NCBI GenBank assembly: GCA_002633005.1
Contig: NMRA01000117.1
Coordinates: forward strand, 567,653-631,652
Length of the DNA stretch: 64,000 nucleotides
Direction: 5' to 3'
DNA from: Phoronis australis
Lineage: Eukaryota > Animalia > Phoronida
Below the pieces are notes generated by a model. That model saw only the letters and a program-made list of their open reading frames with translations. It was not told the DNA's origin and made no database searches. Positions 25,001 to 37,300 of this stretch are shown piece after piece. Numbering within the stretch: the first letter of the stretch is position 1; each line of letters starts with the position of its first letter. The position numbers and the translations under genes were made by a program.

Positions 25001-28000
25001 TAAAAACAGGAAATGTACACTTTGATGAAGTACGAACATAGTTGTCCTATCAAGACACCTACACACAGATGAACTCTGCTGGAGCGGATGCAAAAAGTGA
25101 ACGCTCAAGAGTAGAGTATCCCTCACATCAAACGGACAGGCACTGGCCTCTTTTTGGAACCCGAGTACCGAAGAAATAAATCGCAGTTTACCATCCCGAC
25201 AGAAAATCATCTCGTCAAAAGCATTCAAGGCTTGCTGGACAAAATGCAAAGAATACGAGTGGCTTATAACGACATCACCAACAAGGTTCACTTTCGCCTT
25301 CAACTAGGCTCCTACATGCTGAAATCAACTTCAGCGGCAAGCTGACAGACGTGTTAGGATTAACAACATCACTACACACACCTAAACCGGGTGAGCAGGG
25401 TGTTTCCTATGCCTACAAGGTGGTGGACGTCCATCAAGGGTTTTAAATATTCGCTCTACTTATAACCTGCGACCTGTTACAATACGTGGTTGTCGGAGAT
25501 ACACAGTGCACAGTGCTTACGTGAGTAACTACATTCCCGGCATGGGGTGCCATATGCCTGACGGACAGCAAGCGTGGAGAATATTTTGATTCCTATGGTA
25601 CTGTACATTTAATCGAACACATTTGCGATTTTATGCGCCACTGTTTCTTGGAAAGACGTACACCACGAAACGACTTCAAGATACAAACTCTTCAGCTTGC
25701 GGTCAATATTGTATACCATATATTAAAAAAAGTTTTACCTGATGTACTATTGTAGAGGAAAAAGCTTGGAATCTATTGTCAGTATGTTTGCTGATAATTA
25801 AGACCTTAATGACGAAGCCGTGTCTCACTTTGTTCAGTCTTTATAATGCAGTATAATCTTTAGTATGTTCATGTTATTTGTGTTAATACAATCATATAGA
25901 AACAACAACAGTTGTCTGTTTAAGTACAACCGAACAACACAAACATTAAAGTCATCAACCGAACAAGACAAACATTAAAGTCATCAACGGCGTTCTTTAA
26001 TGTAGTGGACAGAGCGTGACGTCCGTAGATGTCAAACATTTTTTTATTTTTATATTTTCAGGTGTAGCATTTCGGCCCGGTCAGGTGTAGCATTTCGGCC
26101 CGGTCAAGATCTGCCACTCAACGTTTGATCGTTTATTTTTGTACAAAATCCATTGTTCTAAATTGCGTCTTAGTGTTGTGTGTTTAATAACTATATAAAA
26201 CCACTATTGTTGTCTGTGTAATACAACCGTATTCATAAAAATCTCTGGATACTGTTCAACTGGTACTTTTTTGTTTTTTCCGTTCATCTATTTTTAGATT
26301 ATGACGTAAAACACTAGGATGACGACACGTCCTCAGGTGCAAAAAATGGCGACGACTCCTCATTGGTTGACCTTCCAGCAGGCGTGACCTTATTCCAGGC
26401 GCCTCCGGGGGACCTCAAAGGAATCCTCGAAATAATACCTCTCAGGGCTATATTATGCTCTCAAGGTCTTGAGGAATAACGAACTGTCAGTTCTTTCCAA
26501 AACCAAGAAATTATTCTTCGTCTGAGTGTGGAACAATGTTAGATCAATTTCATAGCTGCAGAAAGTAGTCTAAATCAACAGTTCACTTCTTGGACGGAAC
26601 GTGGGTTTCGATCCGCTTTAAGACAACAAAATGGAAGTATAATTTGATAGCTAGTACACTGAAATAAGGCCTACCATTACTTTTCCAAGAACGGGATATA
26701 TGGTTGTGGGTTTCGTGAAGAAATCATGTTGATAACATACGGAGCAGTAGGTAACATTGACCAAATATTTTATTTTTGTCGTGAATCGAGGCTGCGTTCT
26801 TAACAGAACAGGTAATTACTCACCCAAATGGAGCGTCATCTGTTTTAACACCACCCTTGTTGTCAGCAAGAAATCTCGACTGTCTGGCTTTAATTGTCCG
26901 TCCTTCATAGGAGATATCTATCACCGGCAGACCCATTTGTCGAGTCCAGGTATTCATTACTTCAGGGACCGGTGGAATTTCCGACAACGCGTTGTACTAC
27001 ATTTCATGAAAGTAGTTTCAATTAATGCATGCAGCTTAGCGACATAAACCCGCCGCGGACTTCAGTGAATAAACAGATTATGGTTAACGCGCACGCGAAT
27101 TTTCCGTGTTTTAATCCAACTGTTCTGTGAAAATCCCCACGTTTGGCCTTGTGACAATTTTCCGTCATTAACTTACTTAATAAACATGAGCCGAAAAAAG
27201 AGTCTCGGTCCTTTTAAGGACTGAAACTTACTAAAAGTAGTAATAATAAAAACATTCTTTGGTCATGAAGACATTCATCAACGAAGCGTATACTAGAAAT
27301 TACGAATATGCGAAAAGCACACTACAGACAGTTGAAATATTTGAAAGAAATGTGTCCACAGGTGTTATGACTAACGCAGCCGCACCTTACCACTGTAATC
27401 TCTTTCCATAGATCTGCAGTCTTCGCATTCTTGTATTTGTGCATCTTTAGATATTTCTGAAATCACAGCATGCAGAAGGCTAGTATGAATTTTTATGCAA
27501 AAGCTTTACAGACGTTAAGTTAACGAACAAATTGTAAATTAACACTATTACGTATTCTTAAGAACGCTGCTAGATTCCAAGTTAACGCCTATAAATGGTT
27601 ACCCTATACTCACACGAATTCCGTTTCTGAAGTTTTCTTTTCCCAGAAATCCTTCCAACATTCTAATTACCGATGATCCCTGCGTAAGAAACTAATTAAT
27701 TATACAAAGTGGCGAAAAACAATTTTTTTCTAAGCATTTTAACAAGTGGTAGATTTATCGTGTGAACACTCAGCTAGTCGGGGGCTTGTTTGCCTGGGCA
27801 TAGTTGAATATTTTCAGGTTAACTATCAAGTCAAGAAATACAACAGACAATTAATTAGTGCAGTACTTATAGCCTGCTTGCGACCGCACGACTTCAGCGT
27901 GTTGTTTCGTACCTTCAAGTAGGAAATCGGTCCAAAAGTTGCCTGTATCTCCTCAGGGTCAGTTGCTTCAGAGACAATAGGATTTGAGTTGACACGAGAG

Positions 28001-31000
28001 TCGTCAACGAACACTCTCTGAACGTCATTGATGACAAACTGTTCTTGCTGTAAACACGAGAGGTTTCTTTGATGTATCGCAAATAATACATGGATATAAA
28101 CAAGAATAATTAGTCTTCTGCCACATGTTGGTCACGGCACGTCTAGTCTGAAAAAATCTCTGCGCGACCGGGGTTCGAACCGCGGAGTTTCTGTTAGCCA
28201 AGCAGATGCTCTAGTCCACGGAGTTATCGGAAATCCAAACAGACTTGATAGAAACCATTTACCCAAACTTGGGAGTGCATGTACACATTTATAATCATGT
28301 TGCTATAAATCATTGCGTTGATATCTTGTAAGCATATATGGAAGAATTTTTTGCAACATTGAAAAACTAAGAGTAACTTAAGACATAAAAATAAGAGTAA
28401 CTTAAGACATAAAAAACATGTAGACGAGAGAAAAGTTTACTGAGAAAAAATTGTCAATTACTATAAGCTGGAGATTACCCTTTTACGGCCCTGGTACGGA
28501 ATTTGGCGTTTGGGACATCTAGTTATTTTAAACAGTAGTATGGCTCACCATTTGAAAAAGTGCTTTCATGAATACGGATATGTAAATCTTGAACCCGAGT
28601 GGCCTCGCAAACATTTTTAAGTCTAGTCTGCACGCCACCTGTTGATGAGCAGGTTCTAGCTCAACGTGTCTGGCGGGGCTAACCCACCACTAAATTTGTC
28701 TGGCAGTGTTCATTCGTGATACCTGGTCTCAGGGTGAATATTATGCAACTAGTTTCAGGTGGTTACCTCTTGGATTGATCTAGCTCAATTTTTTACCTTG
28801 TTTATAACTGTCTGGCTGATACTCCCCACCACTGAAATTGTCTGGCAGCCAGTGATCAATTTTGATACAGTGAATTACATGGTAGGTATCGAAGGCCATT
28901 TGAAGTGGTTACCAGAAAAGTTGATCTAGCCCAATTTTTGAGTGCCATTCTCTTGGCTCCCCTGACCACACCCACCAGAGCGAACCTGCCAGACGACCAT
29001 TTCCAAGCATCAGGATACCCATAGACCACTGTGGTACCAAAGAAGATTGTTTACCTTTTCATGCCCAAAAAAGCTCTGGGATCCCAGTCTAATAGGGAAA
29101 GACCACCACCAACCAAGAACCATAATCACCAACCTGTGACACAGTGAGTATGAGTTTTTAGTTGATTCCTGTTTTTATCTTTCAGTATTGACGCCAATGA
29201 TGCATTAGCAAGTGGCAGAACGGGATTAGTTGAAATCGTCAAAACAGGGTTTAGTATCCTTTTAACAAACGGCAATGAGTTAACTCATATTGATCGCTGA
29301 GTGTGTTGTTGGGCCTGATCTCTACTCACGGAAATGAACTTTTTTTACCAAAGTTTTCGACATAATGTTCCATCAACTGATTTCGAGGTCATGCTGTTTT
29401 TCCCCGTATTTCTCCAATTTCGCAGCCCGCAGTGAAGGTTTCTCAGGTTACTAGTGATATTTCTGAGTAATTTTGGCAATACGTCATCTGGGCACCACAA
29501 TAAAGTGAAAGTCATTGAAAATGTGCCCCTACACGTCAAAACCATACCACAAGCGTGTAACCGCGTAACGTGCTCAGATCTAAAAACATTTCTACCCGTT
29601 TCTGGTGGCTGCCTCCTCGGGGTTTGTCCCCCAAACAACAATGTCCGCTTGCCCTATAACCAGAAGGTGCGACATTGGCAATGACCAGAAGAGGAGTTGA
29701 AGTGGTGTCGATAGATAAGAATCTGACTTCAGGACAAGAGCTTGGTAAAGTCGGATTAGTTTGTAACTCGAAAATTTTAATGATGACGGATTTTAAGAGA
29801 TTCAAGCTTTAATTTCTTTAGTAGAATTGAGGGCTGCTTCGGCTGGTCAGAAATGACCAATTGACCAAAAATTGTTCCAGGGACACAAATATCTAAAGTA
29901 TAAAGTAGGGCTTACGAAATTAGAAAGCAATCAGCCAGCAAATTGTGTATGTTTGACTTACCGAAATTTTCAGATAGAATTTTTACCGATGAGTATTTCG
30001 TTCAAAGCAGGCAATCAACGACAAGCGAACAGAAGCGCATTACTTATTGGGGTTTATTGTGGTATTTATATTGTAGTAAGTACCTTTCGCGTACACTTAA
30101 CACACTAATGTTGGCCTACATAGTAGACTTACCATATTCCAGTTTGGCTCCACAAAGTCCACGCCTTTATACTCCATAAAGCTGGCGAAACCTTCATTCA
30201 ACCATAAATCATCCCACCAGTCCATGGTTACTATGTTTCCGAACCACTTGAACAAAATTGACCACGTGACTTCAATTAGCGCTTCAAAATCCAAAAATTG
30301 TGCGCCATTTTTTGGTCTTCTGGGCATAAGAATTATGAATGAGAAGGACTGTATCCACCAAATGGGGAAATGATGTTGCACGACAAATGAAACGAAACAA
30401 ATATGATAGTGTAACGTTTCTAGCACTGCTGTCTTTACATAAGCAGTAAAAGATCATGTGCAGACCTCCATCAGTCATTCTCACACCAAAACCTGTGGTT
30501 GAGTGTGCCTAGCGAACACAGAATTATAGTGAATTTCTCGACGAAAATAGCAACGTCGGGAAGAAACACTGTCTGTAATTCGGTGGAATTCACAGACACG
30601 TAAAACCTTTCAATCTTCAACACTGACAATAGTAAACGGAGCGGATCGAGGATCGATCACATCACCAGAGGGGGAATGCCAAATATTTGAAACATTACAA
30701 ATTAAAACTGAGCAGGTGCAGGGGGTCAGAAACCTCCCCTGTATATATGCCTGATTATTACACATGTCTCATTAATTTAATTACCTGATGGGCTAGCTCG
30801 TGCGCCACTACCTCGGCAATGCGTTGTTTGTTACGAGTGGACACTTCCTGTTGAATGTAGAGAAGATTGTTTTCTCGGAAAGTTATGGCTCCCCAGTGCT
30901 CCATGGCACCCGATGAGTAGTCCGGCAAGCCAATCAGGTCTGGCAATAACAGGGTTGATATCAGTGACCAGGGAGATAACGGGTTCATTTAAAATTGTAC

Positions 31001-33690
31001 AAGAAGTTCCATTTGTATGCATACAGACATTTGAGGTTATGAACCACAATTATGCTTTTTATTTGTTGTTTCTCATATACAGATCCTCAAGATATTCTTC
31101 CCATGTATTTCATGTGTATTTTCTTCTTACGGAGTTGTCTGCCTCTGTGTTTTGTTTTTCACCGAAAGAAAGATAAATTTTCATCAGAAAGGGGAGCACC
31201 TACAAGGAAATTAAAATGTGAGTTTCGAAAAACCCAGTAGCACAAGCTACTGACCTGCTAAGTAATCTACATGTCAATTTAAGTTGCGATGACCTTTCGG
31301 TACGATGCAAAAGGCAAACGTTGCCATTTCTAAGTATACCTATACCCCAGCGCAAGTTCTTAGATTAGTATTAAGATCTAAATCATCCTCGACTCCGCAC
31401 GTTGCTTTTCACTACCACTTTCACTGGTCAATTTTCTTACCTATTTTTGGTAAAGGATATTCCATATCAAAGTATTCTTCAAAACCGTCGAAGACGCCTT
31501 TCCCCACAGCCAAGGCGTAGTCTACCTGATCAACCTTCTCCGGCACGGCATAAACTCGTATCTGGAAACAAATCTAAACTTTTCGGCAGGAGGAGCCAAT
31601 GGTTACTGGAAGTTTTTCTGCCGACAAGTCCGGTTATACCACTTAATGAGCTATATTTATCTCATTGGGTTGTACATTTGGAAAATGTTCAAATACGACG
31701 TCTGGCTCGGAGTGACGAATATACGCTCGCCGGTGCATGGCGGCATGAACTCTTTCATATTTTCGTTAGAAAACTTGTCTTACTGATAAGCGATGTAAAA
31801 TAATGTTCAAATTTCAAACTTACTGGTTTTCCGCTGCGTGTTGCAAGCTCCTTGTAGTCAAAGTCACCTATCACTAAACATACCAAGTAAGTACTCATCG
31901 GAACCGACTTCTGGAATGTTGTTATTGTCATCCCGTCATCACTTGTTTCATAAAACTGTAAGATAGTAAAGAATAAAATATATTTCCGATTTGTTTTCAT
32001 GACAGTAATTAATATCGGAATTTGAGAATTTTGTTTCCAAAATAAGGGGCCCCGACCTCAAATTTGAAACTGAAAGGTTTTAGGCTATTGAGGTTTTTTA
32101 AAATACTACGACATCAATTTCTTCAAAAGGAATAGACATTTAGAAAAAGTTTTAGATTTTTTTCGTTTACATTGGTGAAAAAGAAATTCTACAACACCAT
32201 GTGTGTACAATCAAACTTTTGAAGATGCCAGTTAAAATAAGGAAATATATTGTTTTAAAATTCACGAAATGAATACGAAACAACTTTTGGTTTGTAAACG
32301 GGTTTTGTCTAGCGAAGCTAAGCTGATGTTCCAAACAAATGAGTAGTCAAAAATGATTCCGGTGGTCTGTAACTGTGAGATATTCCATGTATAGACCTAC
32401 CTACCTGCATGGGCATGTTGGACAGAGCCGTGTCATTAGATCTATGTCTCAGCCGAATGGTGAAGGTCGCCTTTAGATTTGGCTCGTCAAAGCAAGGGAA
32501 TGCTCTCCTGGCATCGACAGGCTCGAACTTGTTAGCAGCAAATACTCTATTACGACGAGGGTGAAAATAAAATCAGAATTGGAAATAGTCACGTCATAAA
32601 AATACTATAGGGGAATTTCAAGACTATCGGTATCCTTTAGTCACTATAAACCCTGTTCTGGTGTAAAAAGGATTTTCTTCAAAGGCGTATTTACTCTTCC
32701 AAAGCAAGAGCATCGTGTTTTATCATTTTATCAAGAACTGAAATTGGTTGCAAAACGCCTGAAATTGCTTTGACGACCATACTACACCGGCGGCTGTAAC
32801 AACCAGTCATGTCAAGCAAACTCAATGATCCTGATCTGAAACAGCACTTCTTTAGCTATAAATTATCTCTAATAGGAATAATAACAAGATGTGATCGATT
32901 TTATAGGAGTAAATGGCCTAGATGATTTTTTTCGCAAAAGTTGCGGAGCTCATTGTCCTTAATAGTGGTTAGTAGACCAGTAACGTTTGCCAACACCCCC
33001 CCCCGCGTGCCAAAATTCTGGTTAAGGTAACTTCTTGAGCCAACCGGATAAGAATTCAAATTTCGTAAAACGTATCTAGTTCTATAGCATTTTAATATGC
33101 ACGCACTTTTTCTTTCCAGTAACACTGTTAATGTATTCGCCTCTGTAGAAACCTTCTATACCACGGAGAGTGCCAGTAAAATTCATCTCCAGGATAACAG
33201 TCCTGGCTATAGCTATTGGTTGAAACAGTTCCACGACCCAGAACTGGTTGGGCGCGTATTCAAACGCTCGCTTTATTCCAACGTCCACTTCTGTGTAGGC
33301 ATGATAAAGTTTCGTCGATGTAATGTTCATCAATTTCACATGGACAAGCAAGAACGAGGTAATGTTTTTTACTTCAACTGTGATCCGGACGTTACCAGAA
33401 AACCGTAAATGATCGTTGTAAATATCAGGAAAAAGATAAAGATCATAATGGACTGGAACCACAGAGTCGGGCAGTCGTACATTCAGCCAAGGTCTTTCCT
33501 CCGAGCTCTCTTCTTTCAGTTCAGCGGACGAACCATGAAAGTTTTGAACGACACATCGGCCACCGTACAAACCCACTAATACGCCAACAAGAACAATGGT
33601 CGCTATTACTAATATGGCCGCTACGATGTACTTAGTCTTCCTACTTGGCGCGATCCGTGTAGAACTTAGGCCCAAGTCAGGATGTTCCAT
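16034..33690 (-). CDS. ENPEP: M1 zinc aminopeptidase, type II membrane protein (glutamyl aminopeptidase / aminopeptidase A-like), 19 exons, 946 aa
   Basis: Exons (-): 33690-33107, 32546-32405, 31955-31824, 31561-31441, 30939-30785, 30246-30133, 28047-27913, 27679-27614, 27456-27391, 26996-26824, 22848-22769, 22071-21932, 20896-20693, 20328-20252, 19420-19319, 18410-18240 (GC donor), 17940-17800, 17650-17569, 16189-16034. Total 2841 nt, in frame. Motifs: N-terminal TM anchor, [36 protein letters not shown]-x18-E (WLNEGFA), ISYLKG, GYYRVNY. The family is secure; exact ENPEP orthology is an inference. Confidence 0.92.
16233..16528. mobile_element. Palindromic MITE; related pieces at ~17050-17435 and ~50560-50712
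   Basis: Imperfect TIRs taaaactgcagtttgct / agcaaaatgcatcttta, with an internal inverted pair ggattctatttc / gaaatagaatcc. Confidence 0.5.
18057..18274 (-). repeat. Tandem triplication (~82 bp) of the aminopeptidase exon-16 end plus donor
   Basis: cctcattaacagtcttct.tcgtt.acattag.c occurs three times. Only the exon-contiguous copy keeps the GC donor. Confidence 0.85.
18515..18947 (-). mobile_element. Penelope-like retroelement 5' ORF relic between ~105-bp inverted repeats
   Basis: Arms 18515-18621 and 18835-18947 are reverse complements. The loop on the minus strand reads [38 protein letters not shown]...NWNPPK, matching the LxxGLxFxP / FxRxxRL / WxPP pattern of PLE N-terminal domains. Confidence 0.7.
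22172..22308. repeat. 45-bp minisatellite x3
   Basis: gacctaatggaaaa.atgcatattccgggtaggcatattttgacc repeated. Confidence 0.9.
22487..22720 (+). mobile_element. tRNA-headed SINE-like element with a hammerhead-like (PLE-type) 3' motif
   Basis: A-box-like ctagtgattag at ~22503 and B box ggttcaaaccc at 22547-22557, then ctgaagatgaccgg...cgaaacgtcg at 22640-22676. Confidence 0.45.
23546..23750. repeat. ~52-bp minisatellite x4
   Basis: accattagactatggcaaggctgcac.ag.tggcttgtcacggcctgcacta repeated. Confidence 0.9.
23793..26450. mobile_element. Long-TIR element (~260 bp arms) with a degenerate Polinton/Maverick-like ORF
   Basis: Arms ~23793-24058 and ~26192-26450 are inverted copies (gccct.agaggtattatttcgaggat, gaggagtcgtcgccatttt, gacgtgtcgtcat, tacgtcat.atctaaaaatagatg). 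A frameshifted + strand ORF at ~25150-25530 reads [13 protein letters not shown]...[10 protein letters not shown]...[22 protein letters not shown]. Confidence 0.65.
28110..28232 (-). mobile_element. tRNA-derived SINE head
   Basis: The minus strand reads ccgataactccgtggactagagcatctgcttggctaacagaaactccgcggttcgaaccccggtcg: A-box-like start, B box ggttcgaaccc. It does not fold into a clean cloverleaf. Confidence 0.55.
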
Positions 33691-34257
33691 TGTCGAATGG
33701 TCTCGTAAAGACGGTCAAGCTAATCCGTTTCATTTTATACAGACGTTTTGCTCCGACGAATACGTCGTGCCGTTAGTGTAGTCGAGTCACCTTGAACTAA
33801 TGGCTTCAGACGACCACATTTATATAATGTATGCTATAATTAATGTCTATCCAAAGATGTACCAGCCTTCAGACCTCTTCTGACTAGTGAATCTAGGACA
33901 TAGTCCGTACAAGACCTAAAACTGTCATGCCGACGGCGTTTTTTGGTCATATCTGTGGATGGTTGCGAATCATCTCAAGCTTCCAAATGAACGATAGTCC
34001 ATTGTTCTCACATGGGAACCTTTTTTAAAATGCATAGAAGCACGTGTAAAGCACGTGTAAAGAGATTGGAATTTAGGCCTAGGTGCCTTGAAACACGCAG
34101 ATAATGGGCAACCACTCTGTTATTGTTCATAATCCTGTTCTTGTAAGACACTATTTTAAAACATGTTGTAAGTTCTCAACTCCATGAAATTAACTTTCAG
34201 TACCCACACTGAAATATCACAACATGATAAAAAAGTCCAGCTCATTAGTTAAAAAAC

Positions 34258-34263
34258 TTTATT
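34258..34263 (-). terminator. Probable polyadenylation signal of FKBP11
   Basis: AATAAA on the minus strand about 100 nt after the stop codon. Confidence 0.55.
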
Positions 34264-34364
34264 ACCTTAGGAGAAACACTAGCAACAGAGTTACATATAA
34301 AAATATCATGAATAACAGTCTGTCATATAAGTAGGTCTCAGCAACACCATTGCAGAGTGAACAG

Positions 34365-37300
34365 CTACTTTCTTTTCTTTCTTCGTTTTTCTTCTTTTAA
34401 TTCCTTCTTACTTGGGCCTGAGTTACTAGACACTTTGTTGTAGAGATAATAGACACAGTACAAGACAAACGCAGGCAATGCTAAAAACTGTGCTAATTTT
34501 AAAAGATATCCCTCCACAGTTTTTTTCTTTAAACTCATTAGTTCAGTCTCAAACAGAAGGGTGGCACCACCTGCAACAAAACAGCATGAGTTCACCATTT
34601 GCCACAACAATTAATTATTTTCCCACGCTGCCCCCCAACACATTCATACTGACGTGTACATTTTAACTCAGTAAACGTGTTTATTTTGTGAAAGTAGAGG
34701 GCCTGTAGAACTTACGACTACGTGATTCCAGTAAAAATTACCAAAACAGTAAATGGATAGCAAAACAACAATTTTGTTTTACATAAATGTTCAGAAATCT
34801 AAATTATCATGTTGTTTTCGTTTGACACACTTTTGGATTATTTTTCATAAACACCATAAAAGTCCTATTATTGATAGCCCTCTTCAAAGTAGAATATTTT
34901 AAAAACAATTCCCAACAACATAACGAACAACAGCGCATAAACCATAGTATCTGACTTTTATATGAATCTTATCAGCCATTTCTGAAACACGATGTTCCAA
35001 AGTTAGCAGCCAAATTTGCACGTTTTTCTAGTGTCCAACATAACCTTAAAGTGATACAGGATGTGCACAACTAACACAACAATTATCTTGGGACATTAAA
35101 CAAATAATAAGTTTTGTTTACATTCGGCTGTTATCTATTTTTTTAACTAGTTTTAGTCATGAGATAATGCCACAAGTTTTAACAATTGTCGAAACACTTT
35201 TAGTTATCCATGATTGTACTAACTATTGTGGCTTGAAGCCCATGTATGACACAACTATCACTCTCAAAATTTCCAAATTATTACTTTTTAAAGCCCATAC
35301 TTGGCCTAATGGCCAACACCAATTAAAACAAGCGGGATTTCTTCAAAAAAGCCCACACCATTGTGAACGCTAGTCTCACAAAAATTTTGAATTCCAAAAT
35401 GTATGCATCTTGCCCTATTGGGATGGGAAAATATGAACTCTATGAAGTGAAATAGTCCTTTTGGCTAATGAGCATTCTACTATCATGGTACCAATGTGCA
35501 AAAATGGTGAAGGCTTTCGTTTAAGCAAATCAGCCCTCCCGGTTAATGCCAACCCCTGGCTTCTCAAAAGGACCAGTGCAGTAGAACTCATAGCCAGACA
35601 TTTGTTGCTCGTGAAACTATCTCTTGAAGTTCTGATCACCAAAGGTGCACTTGCTATTATTTTAATTGCATTTATAATTTTAAGTATAGCCTACCAGGTA
35701 TCTGTGGTGGATGGCCCTGTTTACCATAAGCAAGATGGGGCGGAATTTTCAGTTTACGCTTCTCCCTGCAAGACAATTGACAACCTTCAACTTACTTCAG
35801 GTGAGTCATCAATATTCTTCATCACATGCTGCGACTTTCACTCACCTTATATTGAATGCAACATGAAGTCGCTATCATAGGGTAACCACTCACCTTATAC
35901 TGAAGGCAACATGAAGTTGCTATCATAGAGTAAGCACTCGCCCCAAATTTCTGTCCCACATTCCTCTCGCATATGAATTGCACTCACTGAGCAGAATGTA
36001 ACCACGCAATCTATAACTGCTAGCTAAACAGCAATGACTAAGTAACATTTTTAATATTAAACCACACCCTCTTCAGCATCGTGATGAGTATTCTTTAACA
36101 GTAAACAGATTACAAAAAGACATAAGAGGCCTTTTGATGCAACTTGTAACATTGTTCTCCTCTTGAAGTTAAAGAGTTAAGCCCCAGGTTCTACCTTTCA
36201 CACTTACAAAAAGGCACACCATGTGGTGAAACAAACCCATAAGACATGGGTGCAACTATATGTATACCAGTCAATCAACAGGTACGTTTTGGCCCCACAA
36301 TATATATATACAGGCACACGTACACACACACACATAGGGTGTCCAAAAATGTTGACCACCAGGGGAATAATGGTGTTTTTTTGATTCCAGAAATCTCAAA
36401 GTTGCATATTTGTTATGCACAGAAAAATGATGCTGCAGCAGACTCTTTCAACTAAAGAGAAACTATGCATGAATTTTTCAGTCTCCTCAGAGCTTTCTCA
36501 TTAGAAGCCATGACATGGTCCAGAGAACGAGCTCTGGACCTCATTCAACTAAGGCATTACATGCTGCTCGAATGTCACATGGTCCAGAGAATGAGCTCTG
36601 GACCTCGTTCAACTAAGGCATTACATGCTGCTTGGATGGCACATATTGCTACTCACGATCTGACCAATCAAGCGACTGAAACCATAAGACCTCGACAGTG
36701 ACAAAAAATTGGAGGAAAGACAAGGAAGTGGTTGTGTAACAAAGCAAATACAGACTGATCCCTTGGGAATATAGAGTCATGTGAGCTTTGAGCAACATTG
36801 TTCTCCCTTAGTCCTTATATGATATCACAATCAGGATCCGTCCTTCAAATAAAAGACAATGACAACTTTCGACACCATATTGCACATACATATAGCAGAA
36901 GTGACACAGTTGTCTTTAAATAGACGTCAACTCAACAAAAATTTCTTACCACCTACCCTACACACATTCCTTTAATACCTTGTTCCCAGCCTGAAAATAG
37001 AAATATAAAGTATGTACATTATACATTATATATACCCTGTTCCCAGCCTGAAAATAGAAATATAAAGTATGTACATTATACATTATATATACCCTGTTCC
37101 CAGCCTGAAAATAGAAATATAAAGTATGTACATTATACATTATATATACCCTGTTCCCAGCCTGAAAATAGTGATATAAAGTATGTACATTATACATTAT
37201 ATATACCCTGTTCCCAGCCTGAAAATAGTGATATAAAGTATGTACATTATACATTATATGTACCCTGTTCCCAGCCTGAAAATAGAAATATACATTCATA

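Noticed and set aside
34365-34610. Stand-alone small membrane protein ORF (81 aa)
   Set aside because: It is the last exon of FKBP11 (acceptor at 34571).
36958-37299. 113-aa repeat protein (FQAGNRVYIMYNVHTLYFY)n
   Set aside because: It is an off-frame translation of the 57-bp intronic minisatellite.
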